Source: an uncultured archaeon (GTDB lineage: Archaea; Asgardarchaeota; Lokiarchaeia; Sigyniarchaeales; SOKP01). From it: 13,432 bases of DNA. The notes below the pieces were generated by a model. That model made no database searches and was not told the DNA's origin. It saw nothing but the letters and a program-made list of their open reading frames with translations. Of the stretch, positions 7,488-13,432 are shown in pieces. The stretch is taken from the NCBI GenBank assembly GCA_964388035.1, contig CAYLZE010000129.1, forward strand, positions 1-13,432. The letters are read 5' to 3'. Made by a program: the position numbers and the translations under genes. The stretch's first letter is position 1. Each line of letters opens with the position of its first letter.

Positions 7488-7596
7488 TTACTAATCTCTC
7501 ATTTAAATACTGAAAATTAAAATTAGAATCCTTTTAAATCATATCCTCTTTTTCATTAAATAGTATTCAAATTTATAATACACGAGTTGAAATGAA

Positions 7597-8421
7597 TTGC
7601 CAAATAATGTAGTATTAATTGAAGAAAATGAAGATAAAACCGTTACTACTATCAAAATGAATCGACTAGATAAAAAAAATGCGATGAATTTTGACATGCT
7701 GGTCGGTTTGAAAGAAGCTATTGACAAAATTGAGAGAACAGAGACAAGAGTTGTCATTGTGACAGGCGGAGATGAGATTTTTAGCTCGGGAATCGATCTA
7801 AAATTTCTCTCGGGACAAGAAAAAGACCCGGATGGAATCATCCCTGATTTGCGGGTCCCGCGCAATTTTAGATTTTTCGCAAATACTTGGATCCAGCCAG
7901 TATTATCAAGTTTAGAAAAAATGGAAAAACCAGTAATTGCTGATATCCGTGGATATTGCTTTGGTTTAGGTTTTGAATTAGCTTTAGCATGTGACTTCAG
8001 ATTTGCTTTAGAATCTTCTATTTTTAGCATGTTAGAAACCAAAGTAGGCATGAATCCTGATGTAGGAGGTTCAATACGCCTATGTCGATTAGTAGGAATT
8101 CCGAATGCTAAAGATATTGCGATGACTGGTAGGAGATTCGATGGAAAAGAAGCTTATCGTTTGGGTGTTATTAATAGAGTGGCAAGTAACCCGGAGGAAT
8201 TACAATCCATCATAAAAATGTATGCCGATGAGCTTATTGATTCTGCCCCTCTGGCAGTAGGATTGACTAAAAAATTAATCGATGATTGCTATGGAAAAGA
8301 AATAGCTTTTGGAAATGAATTAGAAACCTTGGTTAGCTCACAATTGCTACAAACAAAAGATGCGATGTCCGGAGCTTTAGCTCGGATGCAAAGAACTAAA
8401 CCTGCATGGAAATGGAAATAA
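7597..8421 (+). CDS. Enoyl-CoA hydratase/isomerase (crotonase superfamily)
   Basis: NRLDKKNAM, FSSGIDL, GYCFGLGFELALACD and LETKVGMNPDVGG, with both catalytic Glu positions present. TTG start. Confidence 0.93.
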   Translation: MPNNVVLIEENEDKTVTTIKMNRLDKKNAMNFDMLVGLKEAIDKIERTETRVVIVTGGDEIFSSGIDLKFLSGQEKDPDGIIPDLRVPRNFRFFANTWIQPVLSSLEKMEKPVIADIRGYCFGLGFELALACDFRFALESSIFSMLETKVGMNPDVGGSIRLCRLVGIPNAKDIAMTGRRFDGKEAYRLGVINRVASNPEELQSIIKMYADELIDSAPLAVGLTKKLIDDCYGKEIAFGNELETLVSSQLLQTKDAMSGALARMQRTKPAWKWK

Positions 8422-8426
8422 ATTCA

Positions 8427-8448
8427 TTCTTTTTTATTTTTTTTTTTA
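8427..8448 (+). terminator. Oligo-T terminator after the enoyl-CoA hydratase
   Basis: Long T runs immediately after the stop codon. Confidence 0.55.
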
Positions 8449-8547
8449 CTCTGCTTCAATTTAATTTTAAACGGAATTAATTAGAACGTAATTTTTAAAT
8501 TTTTTTATTTACATGTGAAGCAGAATCTAAATTATTTAGGTTTCATT

Positions 8548-9744
8548 TTAAATGTCGGATTTTGGAAGTTTGGGAAATTTAACTAAAATTATCAAGGAAG
8601 AAAGTAATGGAAAAATGATCATCACATACATAATCGTGAAATAATCCGAATTAAAGCTTAATAATAAACTGAAAAAAAGACCTCCTAAAAAACTTCCCAA
8701 ATAAAAGCTTGAGTTTGCATACCCGATATATTTTCCTTTATTTTGTGGTGAAGTCTTTTTAGCGATGTAAACATGAGTAGCGCTATAAAACAAGGCATAA
8801 CTGAAGGAAACCATGATTTGAAAAAATAAAAAACCTAAAAAATCTGTTGAAATGATATATCCAAAAATAGTAAATGCGGTAAGGATGTACCCGATAATCA
8901 TGAATCCTTTCATGTTTTTATCTGCAATTATTCTACCGATAAGAATCATTAATACAATCTGAATCAAGGGATTTATCCCAACTAAAAAGCCAATTTCCGC
9001 ATCGTTATTTATATGAAAAGCTATGATTATTGCTAAAATTGCCATGAGAGGACGAACTCCAAAATTCCGAAAATAAAGAGCATAATAGATAGATTTTGAA
9101 ATGTTAGGACTATCTTTGTTGTTCTCTTCTTGGATAAATGATGTACTCACTCTTCGATTTTTTTCCTCCTCAAAATATTTAAGAATAAATTCTCTGTCTT
9201 CCCCTATAAGAATTACAAAAGGAATGATGATAAAGGAATTAATCGATAAAAAAACAAATAAGTTGATAATACTATAAATTTGAATGAAAATCCCTCCTAA
9301 TTGTGCCCCCACGAACCAACCCATTACCATCATGGCGTTATAGTAAGAAATAAATTTAGGGTCATTTACGACTAATTCTTGATACAAAAAAAATGTTGTC
9401 AAGCCGCAACCACTAAAAAAACCATATATAAACATGCCTATTACAAGAAAAGATAAATTATTTACAAACACCATTATAAAAAAGATAATAGAATTCCCAA
9501 TCCCACCTAAGACAAAAAAAGTATAACGATTTTGAAATTTGTCACTTAATTTACCAATTATTGGGGGGAAAAGAAAGGAATTAAAAGGAATGATTGTTGT
9601 AATCAATTGAATGGTAATTTTGGGGAGCCCATTATATTGTAAAAAGCGGGGAAAGTAGGTATAGAATGCCATCCCCACGCTATTGAAGATTAAAACAGAA
9701 ATTAATATTAAAAGAATGGATTTCTTGATTGAGAACGGTTTCAT
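8548..9744 (-). CDS. MFS transporter (about 12 TM)
   Basis: Motif A-like GKLSDKFQNR, second-half counterpart GRIIADKNMK, and SPQNKGKYIG...GSFLGG. 398 aa and hydrophobic. Confidence 0.9.
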   Translation of the reverse strand: MKPFSIKKSILLILISVLIFNSVGMAFYTYFPRFLQYNGLPKITIQLITTIIPFNSFLFPPIIGKLSDKFQNRYTFFVLGGIGNSIIFFIMVFVNNLSFLVIGMFIYGFFSGCGLTTFFLYQELVVNDPKFISYYNAMMVMGWFVGAQLGGIFIQIYSIINLFVFLSINSFIIIPFVILIGEDREFILKYFEEEKNRRVSTSFIQEENNKDSPNISKSIYYALYFRNFGVRPLMAILAIIIAFHINNDAEIGFLVGINPLIQIVLMILIGRIIADKNMKGFMIIGYILTAFTIFGYIISTDFLGFLFFQIMVSFSYALFYSATHVYIAKKTSPQNKGKYIGYANSSFYLGSFLGGLFFSLLLSFNSDYFTIMYVMIIFPLLSSLIILVKFPKLPKSDI

Positions 9745-9759
9745 GGTTAATAAACTACT

Positions 9760-11541
9760 TTAATTCTGCTTGCCTAGTTCCAAGTAAAGATCCATTAATT
9801 TCTTGCACACGATTTCCCAATGAAACGCATTTTTAACCCTTTTATAACAATTTTCTCGTATTTCATCATAGAATCGAGGATTCATGAGTACCTGTTTCTT
9901 GAGACTTTCATTAGATATAGCTTCAATATTAATTTCCTTCTTAATTTTATCAATTCCTATTCCTTCTTCATTTAACTCTTCAATCTGGGACAATATAAAA
10001 AAAGAAATTAATGAATCAACAAACTTTTTAGAATTATCCACGGGAATTAATTGTCCGGTGCCTTCCTTGATATTCTCTCTAACATCAATAATACTCTCTT
10101 GAAGGCCCCCTATTTTAGTCGCAATAACGGGTAACTTGGATGCCATGGCTTCCAAGGCAATAATTCCGAAAGGTTCCCATCGAGATAAGGCAGCATAGGT
10201 ATCAGCAGAAATATGAGCTAAATTAAAAATATCGGGAGCAATACCAAAAAAGATCCTTAAATTTCCGGGATATTTTGTGACGTATTCTGCATAGAGTTTA
10301 ATTTCCTTTATACTATATTCCGTGGGAAGAATAAGTAATAAGAACTTAGCATTCGGGATCACTTGAAGCACGTCAGGGATTGCCTCAAAAATTGTTTCGA
10401 ATCCTTTTTGCCGCGACATCCTCCCGGTAGAAATAACGAGGGGCCCTGTTTCCAAAAAACATTTAATATTACCATTTTTAACGAAACAATTTCCATTAGA
10501 AATTTCATTTATTGCTTCTAGCACCTTTTTGGATGTTATGAGGGGACTATCATTTAAATGACCGATCTTATAAGTGAGCAAGTACTTTTTCATATCTTTT
10601 CTGGAAATCGTTTTATCATCGGGTATATTGAGAATTTCATGCATTTCTTTTCCTAAATTCTGCATGACCTCTTGATATAATTCATGATAATCCCAATCAC
10701 ATCCATTCCAGACAAAATTGGTCTTGAATTTTATGATCTCATCTCCTAAATCTGGAATTATATCCGATTTTAAATAAGATTCACTTACCGTAATGACCAT
10801 ATCAGAGATGAGCGCGCCAACTTGCTCAACACTCGGTACTTTTTGTTCTTTGCTTAGTACTTTTTGTTTTAAAAATAAAAAAATTTCGGAAAGAGTGAAG
10901 GATTTGTATCCTTCTCTTAAAAGGATGGTAATTGGGGTCTCATCCATGCCGCAGGCTTTATAAAAATCTATCTCATAATGAGGCCAAGTTAACAAATGAA
11001 AAGTAATGATAGAGACGACATCCAGGTGATTCTTATTTAGCTCTTGCTTAATGTTTAAAAATGGAATTACCGCGTGATAATCATGGAGATGCACGATGTC
11101 CGGTACATTTTTGGGATTTTCTTTTATAACATGATTCACATAAAAGCGCATTCCAATACTAAACAAACAGAGTTTTCCATCAAACGTATCCGGATTATAT
11201 ACGATTTCATCATCCAAATATTTGCTGGTAAAAGAATTTTCCCCCGATAATAAGATCACATTAACATTTTTTATCATGACTTGATAATAAGAAATTAGAT
11301 ATTCCTCCTCTTTCTGTTTTCTATCATCGAAAGGAAACTTTTGGTGTCCTGAGCAACTAATTGATAATTTTTGAACATTCGTACTTTTTTTTAAACGCTC
11401 AACCTGTCCATGCGAAGGAATAAAGACAAGAAAATCAAAATCATTACTTAAAATCCTTGTCTGATTTGCAGAGACTTCTCCAAGTCCACCTACTTTAGAA
11501 ACTCCTTGATACTCGAAGTTCAAAACCCATATTTTTTTCAT
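9760..11541 (-). CDS. glgA: Glycogen/starch synthase (GT5, GT-B fold)
   Basis: KVGGLG nucleotide-sugar loop, HLHDYH, TVSESY, VWNGCD, GRMSRQKG, SRWEPFGIIALEAM and GGLQE. Confidence 0.88.
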   Translation of the reverse strand: MKKIWVLNFEYQGVSKVGGLGEVSANQTRILSNDFDFLVFIPSHGQVERLKKSTNVQKLSISCSGHQKFPFDDRKQKEEEYLISYYQVMIKNVNVILLSGENSFTSKYLDDEIVYNPDTFDGKLCLFSIGMRFYVNHVIKENPKNVPDIVHLHDYHAVIPFLNIKQELNKNHLDVVSIITFHLLTWPHYEIDFYKACGMDETPITILLREGYKSFTLSEIFLFLKQKVLSKEQKVPSVEQVGALISDMVITVSESYLKSDIIPDLGDEIIKFKTNFVWNGCDWDYHELYQEVMQNLGKEMHEILNIPDDKTISRKDMKKYLLTYKIGHLNDSPLITSKKVLEAINEISNGNCFVKNGNIKCFLETGPLVISTGRMSRQKGFETIFEAIPDVLQVIPNAKFLLLILPTEYSIKEIKLYAEYVTKYPGNLRIFFGIAPDIFNLAHISADTYAALSRWEPFGIIALEAMASKLPVIATKIGGLQESIIDVRENIKEGTGQLIPVDNSKKFVDSLISFFILSQIEELNEEGIGIDKIKKEINIEAISNESLKKQVLMNPRFYDEIRENCYKRVKNAFHWEIVCKKLMDLYLELGKQN

Positions 11542-11780
11542 TTTTTATCCTACTGAATATTAGCAATTATACTTTCTCTAATGATCTAATAATTTAATTC
11601 TGTAAAAAAATAGTGGTATTAAAATTTATTTAAAAGTAAGATAACCTTTCAAGCGAGAAGAATTACCATAAATTGATCCTTAATAGTTCAAAATCTGACG
11701 TGCCGATAAGCTAGATAAATTTAATTATATTTCAACGTTAATTCTTCACAAAATAGAATGTTTTTGAGGGAATCAGAAAA

Positions 11781-12869
11781 ATGGAAGAATCTTGGAAAGA
11801 AAATATTTCTACGCCTGCCTTAATATTGAATTATAATATAATGGAACAAAATTTGCAACACATGGCTAATTTCGTTAAGGAAAATAAGATTAATCTTCGC
11901 CAACACGTGAAAACAGCTAAAATACCTTTAGTGGCACACATTCAACAAAAACTAGCTGGGGAATACGCTAAGGGTATTGCAGTAGCTAAAGTTGGAGAAG
12001 CCGAAATTTATGCGCAATGTGGATTTGATGATATTTTAATTACTAATGAAGTAATACTTCCAAGTCAAATAAAAAGACTGGTGCTTTTAAATAAATTTTG
12101 TTTAACTCGTGCTTGTGTGGATTCGGAAAAAAACATTAGTGATTTAGAGACTATTGCATCTAAATATCATCAAAAATTGGAATTATTAATTGATTTGGAC
12201 GTTGGATTTGGGAGGTGTGGCACTCAACCGGGAGAACCCGCTCTCAAATTGGCAAGAAAAATTAAGGAAGCACCTCATTTAGAACTTGTAGGATTACAGG
12301 TGTATGAAGGGCATTTAACCCCCATGACAAATCTCGAAGATAAAGAAAGAATGACGAAAGATTGCATGAATTTAGCCGTTCAGACCCGGGATCTTTTAAA
12401 TGAAAACGGATTCGAAATTAATTACATTTCTGCCTCCGGTTCTGGAACTTACATGTTTGCGGGAAAAGTCGAAGGGATTACTGAAATCCAACCCGGCACT
12501 TATGTATTCTCTGATGAGCATGTAGAGATGGTAACGCCGATTTTTAAACCTGCCGTAACGGTACTTGGCACCATTCAAAATCAGACGGGATCCAGGTTAT
12601 TTACCTTGGACTCGGGATTGAAAGCCGTACCCACGGGAGATGGAAAACCTCTATTTAAAGATTATCCAAGGAATCGATGGAGGGTGTTTACTGAGGAACA
12701 TGCCCAATTTAAAGCAAGTCCTGACACAGATTTCAAGATAGGGGATAAATTAGAATTAATACCCGCTCACGTATGCATTACTGTTAATCTCTATGATTTT
12801 ATTCACGTCGTAAAAGAAGGAGAATATATTGGCACGTGGCCTATTTTGGCCAGAGGAAAAAATTTTTAA
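11781..12869 (+). CDS. DSD1/D-threonine aldolase-family PLP-dependent enzyme (fold type III)
   Basis: TPALIL, RQHVKTAK (PLP lysine), GRCG, YEGH, EIQPGTYVFSD, DSGLKA, EEH and PAHVC (metal His/Cys). Confidence 0.9.
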   Translation: MEESWKENISTPALILNYNIMEQNLQHMANFVKENKINLRQHVKTAKIPLVAHIQQKLAGEYAKGIAVAKVGEAEIYAQCGFDDILITNEVILPSQIKRLVLLNKFCLTRACVDSEKNISDLETIASKYHQKLELLIDLDVGFGRCGTQPGEPALKLARKIKEAPHLELVGLQVYEGHLTPMTNLEDKERMTKDCMNLAVQTRDLLNENGFEINYISASGSGTYMFAGKVEGITEIQPGTYVFSDEHVEMVTPIFKPAVTVLGTIQNQTGSRLFTLDSGLKAVPTGDGKPLFKDYPRNRWRVFTEEHAQFKASPDTDFKIGDKLELIPAHVCITVNLYDFIHVVKEGEYIGTWPILARGKNF

Positions 12870-12873
12870 TTCG

Positions 12874-12902
12874 ATTTTTCTTTCTTTTTTACCTAATTTT
12901 TT
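12874..12902 (+). terminator. Oligo-T terminator after the PLP enzyme
   Basis: tttttctttcttttttacctaatttttt directly after the stop codon. Confidence 0.5.
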
Positions 12903-13103
12903 AAAATAAAGAGATTCGAACTTTTGTATTCTACTCTCATTAATGAGAAAATCTTATTGAAATAGTTGATTAAATTTTTTATCAGTTAAACTTCACTTAT
13001 TAACATGTATAATAATAGAAGCAATTCATTTCATCAAATTTTTATTTTGTTCAATCCTATTTTTAAACATCATCCAACCTAAAAGTTGAAGTGAAAATAA
13101 AAA

Positions 13104-13432
13104 ATGGCTGATAAGGAATATATAAACCCGGGTACGCCCGTAGCTGGACCATATACTCCAGCTGTAAAAGTGGGAAACATGATATTTGTATCCGGGCAAG
13201 GACCAAAACCAAACACTGATAACATAACAGATCAAACCACCACGGCATTTGAGAATGTCAAATCCATTTTGGAAGCCGCTGGAGCATCCGTGGCGGATAT
13301 TGTAAAAGTTACCGTGTTTTTAAAAGATATGAATGATTTTAGCAAGATGAATCGCGCCTATAAAAACTTCTTTAAAGACAATGGAGTGAACGAAAATCTT
13401 CCCGCAAGAACAACAGTACAAATTGCCAACTT
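13104..13432 (+). CDS. ridA: RidA/YjgF/YER057c/UK114 family enamine/imine deaminase (3'-partial)
   Basis: Not in the ORF track. ATG 13104 gives MADKEYINPGTPVAGPYTPAVKVGNMIFVSGQG...QTTTAFENVKSILEAAG...IVKVTVFLKDMNDFSKMNRAY...PARTTVQ, with the catalytic Arg of PAR present. Confidence 0.95.
   Translation, partial: MADKEYINPGTPVAGPYTPAVKVGNMIFVSGQGPKPNTDNITDQTTTAFENVKSILEAAGASVADIVKVTVFLKDMNDFSKMNRAYKNFFKDNGVNENLPARTTVQIAN

Noticed and set aside
7539-8051. 170-aa minus-strand ORF
   Set aside because: Antisense shadow of the enoyl-CoA hydratase.
9884-12578. ORFs 9884..10102 (+) and 12396..12578 (-)
   Set aside because: Antisense shadows of glgA and the PLP enzyme.
13026-13248. Two short minus-strand ORFs
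   Set aside because: They overlap the clear ridA gene on the plus strand.

Overview
AT-rich archaeal-type window. Its gene content (Rab-like small GTPase without a prenylation tail, stand-alone longin-like protein, FrhB-family protein, oligo-T terminators) points to an Asgard archaeon, probably Lokiarchaeia; this is inferred from content, not from a search. In order: a possible 3' gene end; a divergent FrhB/FdhB-family Fe-S protein (+); a six-gene minus-strand cluster, in transcription order a ~6-TM protein, Rab-like GTPase, membrane-embedded M28 peptidase, two paralogous 3-TM proteins and a longin-like protein; an XPD/Rad3-type Fe-S helicase whose N-terminus lies 80 codons upstream of the ORF call and probably starts at ATA; an enoyl-CoA hydratase; an MFS transporter and glycogen synthase (-); a DSD1/D-threonine aldolase-family PLP enzyme; and a RidA gene, missed by the ORF track, that runs off the right end. 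The best candidate for a new system is the 3TM+3TM+longin unit next to the GTPase-peptidase pair, which may be a membrane-sensing small-GTPase switch. No RNA genes, CRISPR arrays or mobile elements were seen.
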